Below are positions 9,824-23,960 of a DNA stretch of 64,000 bases, piece by piece. The DNA is from the human T2T-CHM13v2.0 reference genome, Homo sapiens: assembly GCF_009914755.1 (NCBI RefSeq), contig NC_060939.1; one strand, 5' to 3'. The notes under the pieces are model-generated. The model saw nothing but the letters and a program-made list of their open reading frames with translations, made no database searches and was not told the DNA's origin. The position numbers and the translations under genes are program-made. How positions within the stretch are numbered: position 1 is the first letter of the stretch; every line of letters starts with the position of its first letter.

Positions 9824-10384
9824 GCCTCAAGTGTGCTATTCCCATGTGGCTTTATCCTGTCCGTGTTGTTGAGAGGATGATGTTGTAAGGGTACCTTAAA
9901 ACAAGAGACTCGCTTGTATTTTAAGAGAACCAAGTGGCCAAAGAAACTCTTTCTAACTTTGGCAACATCAGAACTTGCCACATGTAGCTACTGCAGCAAG
10001 GCTTCTGTGTACTTGCCTGAAAACAAAGGAAGGTGCTGGTCATTCCATTTCTTTTGTTTGAAGCTAAAGAGATGTGTAGCTCACAGGGGCTACCTTACCA
10101 GTATAAAGAGCTGATAACAGTACTCAGAAGAATCTGTGAACAAATACTTGAAAATGGGTTCAATGTAGACTGCCATTATGTGTGGTCTTCCCATTAAATG
10201 TGAACATTTTAATATGTATGCATTCACCTTGCCTCTTGCACAAATGTCAAAAAAAAGATGGTAATATCTCAAAGAAATGAACTTGTAGATTACCAAGCAG
10301 TTTGCTAAAAATTCAATCTTTGACCCAAGCTGTAGCATTTTTTTTTCATGTGTGGCATCTTTTTCATGCCACCAACAAACTTGT

Positions 10385-10388
10385 TGTG

Positions 10389-10433
<45 letters not shown>
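10385..10433 (+). repeat. (TG)n microsatellite in the 3' UTR
   Basis: About 24 TG units with one CG interruption. Confidence 0.97.
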
Positions 10434-10434
<1 letters not shown>

Positions 10435-12242
10435 CTGTACCCACTAGGATTTGTTTAGGTGCCCATTGCATCTTTTTGTGCTATGGAGTTGTTTACATTA
10501 AGCATGACCGAACGAGAGACAATACTATTTCCCACAGGAGTCCATTGGGTTCAGCTTTGAAAGAGGAATAGAATCGAGGCTCCTTTGACCATCAAAATGA
10601 TGAACTTTACTTATGTGGTACCCAATGCCAGAATGTAAGAGTTGCAAGTGATTTTGTGCTGCTATTCATTAAAACTTGTATTCCAGTCTTGCCAGCTTAA
10701 GGAGATCAAGATATTAAGAGGTATCCTTGATTTATTTTCCAGTATTCAGTAGTAAAATTTTCCTGTCCACTGTGAATCAAAGCCTGAGTCACTCTATTTA
10801 ACCTTGGACACACTAATAAGGTTTTATTTTGATTGTGTTCGTTTCCCCCCCCCCAATAGTAAAATTTCTCCTCCTTTAACTCCTCCTACCCCCCAAGGTA
10901 AGAAACAAAAAACAAACAAACAAACAAAAATAGAAGACAAAAGAAAGACATATGAAAGGAATTGTAATTGGCTTAACAGAAACAGTCTGTAAAAACCTAA
11001 CAGTGGTGCAATCATGTTGTCTGTGTTGTGTTATGTGAGAATTTTCTCCTAAGTCATGCAGGTAATGACAATATACTGTAAATACCACATGTGAGTTTAC
11101 CTGAATCTGTGCATTTTGTGCCTTATTCATGAGAATGATAGAAGTACTAAAATCTGTCAAGTGTTTTCAGTATAGCACATTATTTACTGAGTGCCAGTTG
11201 TAAATGTTTTTCAACCAGCACCTAAAAAGACTCTTTTCAAAAAATCACAGAAACAACCTAGGACAATTATTTGTTACATAATCCGACCTCATAGCAGCAT
11301 TACATTCTTTGCCGTGATAAACATTCCACTCCTGCTTTCCTAAGGATGAAACAGTGATAATGTGAACTCAAATGAGGTTTCCTGGGTAATGTGACACCTG
11401 CAGAAACTATAGAGCGTCATTTATACGTAGTTTGGCAGAAACCACTTACGGCTGATGATGCGCAACCCTGCTGACTGTTTCAGTTAATATGCTGCACACC
11501 ACACACTTGTTTAGTGAACCAAATCTAGAAAGTACCAAGGCAGAGGTATGCTCCTGCTGTAATCAGGCAAATGAGTTCAACTGGATTTCTTTTGACAATA
11601 CTGTTGGTACCTATTACTTGGGGGAGGACATGTTGCAGAAGACCAGATCATTTTTATACAGAATGTGAAATACTGATACAGTTATTCTTTTTTTTAAAGA
11701 ACATTGTTTTATAAAGAACGTGATTTCCAGTGATCTCTGGAAGCGCTAAAGCTAAAATTTCTGTTCTTGAAACACTTCAGCTTTGCAACTAAAATATTAC
11801 AGATTAATAATAAATTAAACCAACCAATGATAAACACTACTCAGTCCACCAACAACAAACGTGTTTGAATTCACCTTACCAATATTAATCCCAGCGTGTG
11901 TAAAACAGAACAGTAACTCTATGTGACCCCAGATAACATTTTGTAACATTGTGCTTCCTTGTAGTTTGTAATGTGAGTTCAATCAGTATTTATGTTGAAA
12001 TTTCTAACATTAAATCTAGTCTCTATCCTGTTAATTTAATTTTTAAATGCTTTATCCATTTGTGCAAAGGTAAACGCAGATTGTATCTTTTTTAATGGTA
12101 CGGCATAAAAAGTAACCCTCAAGTGAAGTGTCTCTATACTGTTTTATAGAGTACTTTAACATGAATAGATACCTTGTAAACTTGTATTGTGGATGTGTAA
12201 ATAATATGTACTTTGGGTTTTTAACACCGCATGTAAAGTCAA

Positions 12243-12248
12243 AATAAA
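12243..12248 (+). terminator. Probable distal polyadenylation signal AATAAA of SEMA6D
   Basis: AATAAA with multiple upstream TGTA (CFIm) motifs at ~12175-12236 and U-rich sequence downstream. Alternative hexamers at 10668 (ATTAAA), 11809 (AATAAA) and 12009 (ATTAAA). Confidence 0.75.
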
Positions 12249-13282
12249 ATATACAAATCATTATATCCTGCCTCTTGATATTGAAGAGGTTTATAACATG
12301 TTATATTTTTAAAATATTTTTAAGTCAATCAACACCAGTAATAGTTGCTTTTAAAATCTGCCAAAATATTCTTATCTGGAACAGTTGCTCTCCAGTCATG
12401 ATTACACTACCATTCTCTCCTTGGAAGGCTGACACTGGAGGTCAGAGCCCCTGAAAAAAATGAGAAACTGTTCAGAAAACCAGTTGAACTGTACTACGTC
12501 AACAGTCAAATGCTTTAGGCAAACAGTAGTGGTTCACATTGTCCATAGATCTATCTAGTTCAACAGACATTTTTAAAATTCATGATTTGTTTTCCTGCGT
12601 GAAATTTTTCACGTAATAGTTCAAAATTATAACTGGCAAACAGGGTTCCCGTGAACATTTCTTGCTATTTGGTATAAGGAGTTTCTCAGTTCCCTTGTTT
12701 TAAACAAATAGAATAAATTAGGAGCTCTCTTCCCTAAATATTGAAATGAGAGGTAACAATATGATTCCATGGCTTGCTCTTAGCACGTAATGAGTTGGTG
12801 GCTGCTGTCATTGCTTCTCGTGGATGTTGACAGTGGCAGGCCACTTCTGAGAGAGACAACAGGGGTAGGCTGTAGCAATCCCTGCCCTCTTGTTTCTAGC
12901 TGCTACTCCTGGCCAAAGCCCATCTGCAGCTCCCATGTGGTCATGTTTTCTCAAGGAGCTTCAGCAGCATCTTTGCTGAACAGCAGAATGGCCATATTCC
13001 TGTCTCGAGTCTTATTCTCCTTGATAGTGTCATCTAATTAGGGGTGCTGCATTTCAGTGTCAATTTAGTGGTATCAGAAGTCCTTGTTTATTCCTATCAT
13101 AGCATGCAATACTCCAGAGACATGAGGAAAAATTTGAAGGAATCTTTTTGTGAGAGAAGAAGACCAGGGGATGGCCTATTTGCCCCATTTCACAGCTCCT
13201 GGCACCACAGGTGGTGCCACCAGCCACAGAACCTGACCTTGGCCTTCCAAACTACCCTATCATTGGAAGGAAGTCTGCGTAA

Positions 13283-13702
<420 letters not shown>

Positions 13703-15197
13703 TAGGCTTCTTTAGCATTGCATTATCATTCATTTGCATTGCCTGTTTCCATTAAATTGGTGTTTATTATACCTACTGCCTGTTTACTAGTTTTTCTGAG
13801 TTCAACGATTTTTTTCTCTTCTAAAAAATGCACCTTTCTTTTCTCCCTTATAGAAGTTCTTAGCCTTATTCCATCATAGACATTTTTGATAATTTAATGA
13901 ATGCTATGGACTGAAAGGCGCATTTCCCTTTCCTCTCCAGGACATTTACAGTCCCCTAAAATCACATCTATGAATCCTCAAGATAAATGCTCAGATCCCA
14001 TTTGAGAGAAGTAGGGTAAGGGAACTTGGGACTTTTTTCAAAGGGAGCCCATAAAACCAGAGAGTAATGGGACAAATACAATAACCAGGACAAGGCACTG
14101 TGCTCTGGTTCCAGAAATGCCATCGACTAAGCACTTGGTTACCCTGGGAAGGGGCAACTTTGAAGCCAGATGGAACACTTGAAATGCTGATACAGGCTAA
14201 GAAGAAAGGGCATCTCTTCTTCTGCCAGGTAGTGGTATGATGGCCCAGGTGCTGGTCTGGAACCAGGACTCACCTTCCTGCCATCAGAGAGATTTCAACT
14301 TTCTCATCTTCTCCCAGCTGGTCTCTCTCATCTCCTTGTCAGAGGACGGCAAAGAACAAAGTGTCCAAAGCAGCCCTAGGTCCAGGTCCAGGGAGCTGAG
14401 TTCTAATCCTCACTCCATCACTCATCTAGTGATTAAGGGGCACTCCACCTCTCCTGACTTTGGTAAAGAGATGATTTGACATCCATGTCTCTGACAGTTC
14501 TATGGTCTGTGTCAACTCTGCAAATTCTATTATTTTATGAATGCTATGCTTAACTATTGCAAGTTCAATAGCTTGGTTGGTAGTATGTTTATGGATGCAT
14601 GAGGCCTGCTCCCTGTTAGATATAAGGTATATGTGAGATTAACAAGTAAGTTATGATAAACAGTGCACTTTTAAGTCATTTACCTTGGATCTATTAATAT
14701 ATTTGATGCTTACACTGTTTGCATATATAACATGTGAAACACTTAAATCTCTGCCAGTGTTGCATTTTTTAAATCAAATAGATGTGGTATCATAAACAAA
14801 GAGGAATGGACCTATAATAAAATCAATCTTTAATTCTTGGGGGGATGGAGGGTGCAAGGCTGGAGTGGGAGGTAATGACCATTCAAATGGTGAATCAACT
14901 AGAATTCATATATAAAGAAAAATAGCATATTGTTAGCCCCTGTCTCATGATATAATTCTTTTTAAAAATTAGATATTGATTACTGGTTGATAAATCTCAT
15001 TTTAACATGCATTTGAGTACACTTAGCCTCATATGCAGGGTTTAGGTAAAGGAAAGTATGAAAATACAGCATTATATATGCGCTGTTACTTGTGAGAGTT
15101 CTTCATTAGTGTGAGATGGACCTACCCAATGCTACTGTAAAGACTGACTTCAGACCAGTTAGAGCAGTGGTAAGAAGGAAGATTTGTCAGTTTCAAG

Positions 15198-15320
15198 CAG
15201 CGCTGTGCAGTGGAATGTTCCATGCTGATGCAGGTTCTAAATCTGTGCTGTCCAACCTAGTAGGTTAGCATATGTGGTTACTGAGTACTTGAAATGTGGC
15301 CAGTATTTGTGAGGACTTAA
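15198..15320. mobile_element. MER3-like hAT DNA transposon fragment
   Basis: cagcgctgtgcagtggaa...tctgtgctgtccaa...atatgtggttactgagtacttgaaatgtggccagt. Confidence 0.65.
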
Positions 15321-18243
15321 CTACACTGGGCAAAGCCATCTACAAGGCCACCCCTCCTCTGGCACTACTGTAAGAGGGTAGGCTATGGCTCCAAATACAG
15401 CAATTTCATGAGGTATTTAACTCTGGTTAAAAGATAAAACATGCCTTGTACATTTTGTGTATCTACTCTGGGGCTTCACAGAGAGTTGAACTCACAATTG
15501 ATCACCCGATCAATCATAGATCTAGTTTGAGGTCTGTTTTCTGATTTAGAAACTGCAATAAGCACATCCATTGACCGCTAAGAAAGCATCAGCGCTTGGC
15601 TTATGTGGACAGACTTCTCTTACATTTTCCTGGTGCTTTTGAGCCCTGTTCAGTTAATCCCCAACATGCCTTTTTTTTTCTCTTTTTGAAAGGGATAAGA
15701 TTGTCATTCCCATTTTCAAGGTACAGAAATTAAGATTAGTGTGAGTGTGACAACTATGGACATATAAATGACAGTCAGTTCAAAAATCAGGGCTAATTCA
15801 CATGTTCTCAACTCATGCCCGACGCACAAGCTAACACCCTCTGTGAGAGGGTTGAAAAGGGAATATCAGTGTTCGATCAGTAAGGATGGCCTCTCTCCAG
15901 CACTTCATGTATAATGAAGAGAAACAAAAAAGGTAGAATAATTACAGTATCCAGGAATACGTGCCAAACTTCCAATGAAAAAACGGAACATTCAGTGACA
16001 TCAGTCACATGCTGAGCCATCATAATGAACATGCCAAATCAATTATTTGAAAAAAGAATCCATGGGCTGAATTGACAAGGTGTAGGCTGAAAGCAACCAA
16101 AAGGATGCATTCAGAGATATTACAAGGAACTAACCTGATGTGTCCAAATTGTACCCATCTAGGTTTCTGGGCATCTTGCCAGATCTAAACCTGTGGACTG
16201 GCAGAGAGTCTCTGGGGAGAATTTGTTTATTTCTTACTTTGGAATTTCTTCATATTGAGCTGTGGTTGTATATTGGGAGTTAAACACAGTTACGATTTTT
16301 CCACTGCTCCCTGTGGTTGGGAGATCTTTAGGAGTTGGACTATCTTAAAGATAGACTATCTTAAAGTTTTCTGATCATTTGAGCTGCCTAGCCTTCTGTG
16401 AGGCATTAGAGTAAGCACACAAAAAAATCTGTTGAAGAAACAAATTTGGTGATTGCCCCAGCATCTTATCCTAAGTCAGGTGGCAGGGCCTTGCCAGACA
16501 TTTGCAACTGTTAATGCTAATAAGCATAGTAAAAGCATATATACCTTCTTAGCATTTGCAAATCAGGTTTTCAGATAAGAGGATTATAGCATTCTTTAAC
16601 CATTCTCAAAGGAGCATTCCACGGGTTTGGGAGACAGCTTTGGAAAGTATAAGAAAGAAATGGAACCCTTGGAGTACATTTGCAAATGTGAAAGTTTAGA
16701 GAGTTTAAGAGAGCATTTGGGATATGAATTAGGCTCCAAAGTTCAATGACATCTCAGGTTCAGAGACAGAGTCAGGCAATTTGGAGTTTTGTTGGTCTGT
16801 ATGTTACTGGAGTGACTCATAAAATTGAGATCAATTCTTAAGATTCAATCTGATCTGATGATAGCCTCTTCTGGCTGCCCAATTAAGGCTTCACCCTGAA
16901 AAATTCCATCAGCTTTTCAGAACTTACTAAACTATTATTTCCAACTACCTATGGAACCCACACTTCATAGAGGTAGAAATGATTGACGTCACATGATTTG
17001 CTTAATTTACATGAATATCATAAATGAGAGAAAAGAGCAAAACACTAAAATGGAAGAAAGCAATAGAGTTCAAATTATTTTAAATATATATACATATATA
17101 TGAGTCTAGAAAAACATCAAAAATATTAAAAACTGCTTAGAATCATTAAAACTGACATGTTTTGAAACATGCTTCATTCAAACATACATTTTTGAAAATT
17201 CTCTGTACATTTTTATTCTAAGTTTGTTTTAAAAAGGAAAAAAAAAATCCTGGAAACAGCCCCTGACTTTGTTTAGTTATCTAGTCTCAAGAAAAGATGA
17301 AATCTTTATTTACCACTGAAAACAAACTCCCAAAAGGTTTGATTTCGCTACAAGGAAGGTATCTATGATCATGATCGACCTTGATGTTCTTTGGTTCCTA
17401 GAGTGTCTAAATAAAATGTTTCTTTTTTTTTTTTTTTGCTGGAGATACTGGGAATAAACTGATGAAATGTGGAAATTATTAAAAAAAGCAAAAGACAGAA
17501 CTCGGGACAGAACTAGGACCCAGGCAGAATAGCCAGGCAATGGCAGAGCACGGTGTGAGTACATGGCTAGCGTCCAGAGCAGGAACTCAGAATGGAGATG
17601 CCGTGGCAGCCTGGGCCTTCTCTGTGTCTCAAAGGGCAACCACACAAAAAGATGGAAACCCCCATTTTCTCCTTTGTCTTTTCTTTCCTAGATTCAAGAA
17701 TAGCAGAAAGCAAGGAAGCAGATGAATAGAGAGCAGGTAGCTTTGAGGACAATGAGATTATTATGGTAATGACAACTTGGGAAAATATGAAATAATTAGT
17801 AGAGCAAAATCCTCTCGTCTGTGACAGCATGCCAGTTAAGGATGTCAGGAAGACCACACCCCTTTTGCAAAGTTCCCTGCCATTCCTCCCCTCCCCCTAC
17901 TTTTTAAAAAGTAAATTTTCTCAGTTTAACAAGTTCTCTTTTAGGAGAAGTAATTCTGCTCCTCCTGTTGTAGCTATGGACTACCTTAAGGAGATGTTTT
18001 CGGGTAATCTCAACCAGGCTTGCCAGCCAAAATGGAATTGGCATTTAATGGCCTGGTTGTATGTCATACTATTTCATTAGGGTTTCCACGGTTCCAACTT
18101 ACATCAAGAATGTCAATACCAAGACCATTCAATAGGGAGATCTTATTTCCTGAAAATGAGCCTAGGAATCAAAAGGCATAAAGCCACCATAGAGAAAATT
18201 ACACCCATTTTTGAAAAAAATTAAGTTATTGCATAACTGGACA

Positions 18244-18786
18244 TGTCAGAGGCGTTCGAACCAGAGCGACCCCATTTTGAGTGAGGGCTAGGAAAATGAG
18301 GCTGGGACTTGCTGAGCTGCATTCCCAGAAAGTTAGGCATTCCTAGCCTCTAGATGTTTACAGTTAAGGGAACAGATTGATAATGTTTACTAAACAGACC
18401 CAGACTTGGGATTGTCCTAAAATCCTGTTATCTTGAGAACAAAAGCATCCCTATTTTTGCTTGAAAGATAATAATATCGATTTTTAAGAAAATTAGTCCC
18501 TTATCACAAAACTTTGTAGCAGAGCACATCTCCCCATAATCTTTTTTCATCATATATATATATGTATATATACACACACACACACAAGCATTGTACCTAG
18601 GGTGGATGTGTTTCTCCTACTTTTGGAAGCACCCTACTCTGTCTATGGAGTAGCTGTTCTTTCACAACTTTACCTTCTTAATAAACTTGCTTTTGCTTTG
18701 CACTGTGGATTCGCCCTGAATTCTTTCTTGCAAGAGATCCAAGAACCCTGTCTTGGGGTCTGGATCGGGACCCTTTTCCTGTAACA
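18244..18786 (+). mobile_element. MER41-family (ERV1) solo LTR, probably MER41C/D
   Basis: TG...CA termini (tgtcagaggcgttcgaaccagagc ... ttcctgtaaca), LTR AATAAA at 18680-18685, 4-bp TSD gaca/gacg. Confidence 0.88.
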
Positions 18787-20251
18787 GACGTGTATCTCTT
18801 GGTTTTAGATTAGTCACCCACTGCCAGGGAATTAGGAGATAGCTCTGGAGTTAGAATGCTTTTACTGTACATATGGAATCTCCCGAGCTGAACAATTTCT
18901 ATATCTCCAGTATCTACAATGTATACCCTGGGAACACTGAAAACACATTGATTACATTTTGAGACCCCTGCTGCACTGGGCCTTATACACATTTGGTGAG
19001 AATCATGTCAGGCTCTAGCCTAACAAAGCTATTGCCCTATGCCAGAATTGATGGTGGCCAAGAACTACAATATTTTGCAGTTTTCCCCTTTGAATCTCTT
19101 ATGTCTTTGCCAGTGATCTTATCTTTTGCTTCTTTTCCTCTCGTGTTTATTTGAACACCAGTATATTTATGCAGTTATTTAGAAGACATACAAGAAAGAT
19201 TCAGGTTGGCTATGCTTGACAGAAATCTATAAGATAATCCCTGTATAAAAGTGTCTAACAACTATTTGGTTTTGTTCACATCTGATTAAAACATAACAGG
19301 AAAAGTCACAGTTCGTAAAAAACAACACAACAAAAATTCTTGGCAGAATGGTTGTTTTAGAGCTTTGTGAAAAAACTCCCTTCAGTGTCAGAATAAACAC
19401 TGAAAAGGAAGGCAGGGAGTCTAGAAAGAATGAATTCTCCTTTAGCCCTGTAATTAGGATCCTTCCACCATGTGAGTGGCAAAAGGCATGGGGAATGTGG
19501 CATGTTTGGAAATGTAAAATATCACTCTGAGGTCTTATATTTCCCTTAGGAGAGAAGGTAGCTTCCAGAAGCTTAGGAGGGACAGATTAATTACAGGCTT
19601 TCATTGGGAAAGGAGAAAGAGAATGAAGGATCTTAGAAACTAAACGGGAGTGTCAGAATACCCTGAAAACTTCTCTAAGAGCAAGCAACTAGTTGAAAGA
19701 CAGAAGGGCATGTAGAGAACATTCTGCTTCATAACTACGTTACCCTGACATCCCAAACAACAAAGTATGAGGGAGGCTAGGAAGCTCTGTACTCATGCTT
19801 AGCTGGACTCTTTGATAAAAGTTGAAGGAGATAGAAAGGAAAGTTGAATAGGAAGGAAAAGTGGGAGGAGCTGGGGAGCAGTGATAACGTTTAAAGACTA
19901 GTAAGCTAGGTACCTAAGTGTTTCTACATACTTAAAAGGATTGTCCTAATATACAGCATAATATTATTGTGGTAAATAAATAATGACACACTTCCATTCT
20001 ATAAGTATATGTATATTCTATGATTTATGTAAGCATTGAGGAAATTATTAAAGGATAAACACCAAGTGTTAACGTATGTTACTGAGTAAAGTGCGGGAAG
20101 TCAAAATGGTAATAACAACAATAACAGAATGTGACAGGGAGGATGACCATAGTAAAGAGCATGTATGATATCATCCCATTCCTGAGTACATATCCATATC
20201 TATATCTATATAGACACACAAATACTGTGTCTTTATATAAGGATAAAGAGA

Positions 20252-21095
20252 TGTGTGGAGGATCAGCATATTTGGCTGTCTACCTACTAACCATCCACCC
20301 ACCTACCCCTACTTCTAACTTGCTGGGAGTGGTCACCTCCACCTACAGAGCCTGAAAATGCAAAATACTTCCTTTTCCAGTCTCTCCTACAGTGAGAGCA
20401 TAGACACGTGACTCAATTCTGGCCAGTAGAATCTGAGCAAAAGTGTGGGAGGGCTTTGAGGAAGGTTGTCTTTTCTAAGAAAAAGGGAATACATGAAGAA
20501 AAGTCTTCTTTCCGGTAGTGGAAACAACAGATGGTGCATGGATCAGCAGCTGCCATCTTGGTACCATGAAAGCAGGCTGGGGGAAAGTTTCATATGCTGA
20601 AGATGGCATAGTAAAGAGATTCAAGCCCTCAAGTTCTTAATGGCTATGTAGAGCTGCTAAACTCACCAACTTTGAAGACTCTCAGGTTTGGGTTTCCTGT
20701 TACAGGAGATATGAATGTTTTTATTTTGTTTTGTTTTATTTTGTTTTGAGACAGAGTCTCGCTTTTTTGCCCAGGCTGCAGGGAAGTGGCACAGTCTCGA
20801 CTCACTGCAACTTCCATCCCCCAGGTTCAAGCAATTCTCCTGCCTCAGCCTCCCAAGTAGCTGGGATTACAGGCTCCCACCACCATGCCCAGCTAATTTT
20901 TGTAATTTTAGTAGAGATGGGATTTCACCATGTTGGCCAGGCTGGTCTCGAATTCCTGGCCTCAGGTGATCCACACTCCTCAGCCTCCCAAAGTACTGGG
21001 ATTACAGGCATGAGCCACTGCGCCTGGCAAATGTTCTTCTTGTCCCATTGTTGGTCAGGTATTCCTTCTTCTAGTCAAAAGCACCCTAACAGATA
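20252..21095 (+). mobile_element. Old MaLR LTR (MLT1H/I/J/K-like), interrupted by an Alu
   Basis: 'cacgtgactcaattctggccagtag', 'gcagctgccatcttggtaccatga', 3' end 'aaaagcaccctaacagata'. Confidence 0.65.
20717..21028 (-). mobile_element. Alu (AluS/J), antisense
   Basis: (TTTTG/TTTTA) tail then gagacagagtctcgc...gagccactgcgcctggc; short TSD aatgtt. Confidence 0.95.
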
Positions 21096-21212
21096 GAGTA
21101 ACCAACACGTTCAAGATGGTCATCTCACAGTGGATGGATTAGGAGGGAAGATGGGGTGAAAATCTCCCCCTCTCTCTTATCTATTTATCTGTCCTATATA
21201 ATTTGTTTATCT

Positions 21213-21400
21213 TGGTGCTTTTCAAGCCTGGTTGTACATTAGAATCATCTGGGAGGCTTTAAAAACCACCAAGGCCTGGACTACATCCCAGAATAATTAA
21301 ACAATTAAATTAGCATCTCTAGGGTGGGCCCAGGCATTGGTATTTTAAAAGTGGTCTCCAAAAGATTTTGATTTACAGAGTTGAAATCCCCTGCTCCATG
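21213..21400. mobile_element. MER5B-like DNA transposon
   Basis: 'ttcaagcctggttgtacattagaatcatctgggaggctttaaaaa...cccaggcattggtattttaaaa'. Confidence 0.65.
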
Positions 21401-21471
21401 TTATGTCTTTTCTATGTATTGTAAAAATCTTCGTGTGTATATTTGTCATCTATTGTTATTAAATAAACTCT

Positions 21472-22394
<923 letters not shown>

Positions 22395-22399
22395 ATACC

Positions 22400-22900
22400 C
22401 TCACATTTGATGGCTGACAACAATAACCATTTATTTCCTTACAGTTCTGTAAGTTGACAGTTTGGCAGGGCTCATTTGGGAGAGCTTACCTCTCCACAGA
22501 GTGTTGACTAGGCTTACTTATGCATTTGCAGTCAATCAGTTAGTAGATTTTTCTGTGAGGTTGGTTGTCCCCGATAGCCTCATATACCTTGGGTCTTGGC
22601 TAGGACATCTGGGACAGACGGATCTCTATCGTCAAATGGTCTCTTTCACTGTCTCCCTGTGATCTCTTAACCTCAAAGAGGCTGCCTAGACTTCTTTCAA
22701 AATGCAGTGTTCTAAGAGAATGAGAGAGGATGCTCCCAGGCCTCATTAACAAGAGGCTTGGAAATCGCACAAAATCACATCTGCCACCTCTTTTTGGTCA
22801 AAGCAAGTCACAAAGCCAGTCCAGGTCAGAAAGTAGGGGAAATAGACTCCACTGCTTGATAGAGGAGCTGTAAAAAATGTATAGCTGTATATATCACAGT
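22400..22900 (-). mobile_element. Second old MLT1 LTR (H/J-like)
   Basis: 'ggtcaaagcaagtcacaaagccagtccag...gggaaatagactccac'. Confidence 0.7.
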
Positions 22901-23579
22901 GAGTGATCAATATTTATGATGATATATTAACAAAGAAGTGTTTGAATGGTTTTCCAGGTGCAAAAAATCATGGGTAGATGGATTTGAGTTATTCTCTGCT
23001 ACAGCCCAACATATTTCAGTTGGCTCTGACTAAGAAAATCCCAAGTGGTTAACTAAAATAGCATGTTAAGGTGTGACCATTAGATGCCAGCTATTCAGAT
23101 GGCCAAAAACAAACAAAACAATCTGCTTCTACAAGTTTAACTTTTCAAACCTTAGAGTGGCTACAAAAAGCTTACAATTTTAGGTCCAGCACTTTAAAGA
23201 GCATTGTTTCTTTCTCAGGGGGATGTTTAATAAATGAGAATGGGAACATTTCTCTTTCCTAGTTTGAAGATAGTCTTGTTTTTCACGATTAAGAATATGG
23301 AAGATCTTTGAGACTTTGTGCTTTACAGAAATGACAATTAATTGAGCACATTTAGCTTATACTAGTCTCACGAGGACATGATGTCTTCTAAAACTGTACA
23401 ACACCTTTAGACCATGTAAGCTGAGTAAAGTACATTTGTTCCCATCAGTAAACAATAGAATTAAGGCAACCATACCTATGTTTGAACTTAAAGCCCCTTG
23501 GTCATTGAAGTTTTCATTGTTACTTTTTGAAAGCAACAAAAGCTTAGACATACATCAGATTTATCACCACAGCAATACA

Positions 23580-23960
23580 TCTTCTACATAACCATCAGAA
23601 TAATCTTTCTAAAACAGTCTTGACCACTAAATCATTCACTGATTACTCAAAATGCTTCAGTCATCCCCTATAGGAAAAGGAATAAATAATAAAACGCAAC
23701 ATCCTTAGTCTTATATACAAGGCCCTTCCCAACATGGCTTTCATGTTGAGAAGGGGCTTACTATCTCCCATCATTTCCCTAAATCGGCTTAGAAGACAGG
23801 ATTGTTTATTCAGTGATTTAGTTATTTATTCCTTCAAACAAGTATGTATTGAGGGCCTATTATGGACCATATATAGTCTTCTAGTAGCTGGAAATTTAAA
23901 AAATAATCAAAGTATTTTTTTCTCTCCACAATGGGGTCAAGGCTTATTGGAAAGACAAAG
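23580..23960. mobile_element. L2 fragments (both orientations)
   Basis: 'ccatcagaataatctttctaaaac...aaggcccttc' and 'ttattccttcaaacaagtatgtattgagggcct'. Confidence 0.55.

Larger units (their letters stand above)
9824..12265 (+). other. SEMA6D: SEMA6D 3' UTR (~2.4 kb; 3' end approximate)
   Basis: Repeat-poor AU-rich sequence after the stop, many miRNA seed matches, ending at AATAAA preceded by several TGTA motifs. Confidence 0.85.
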
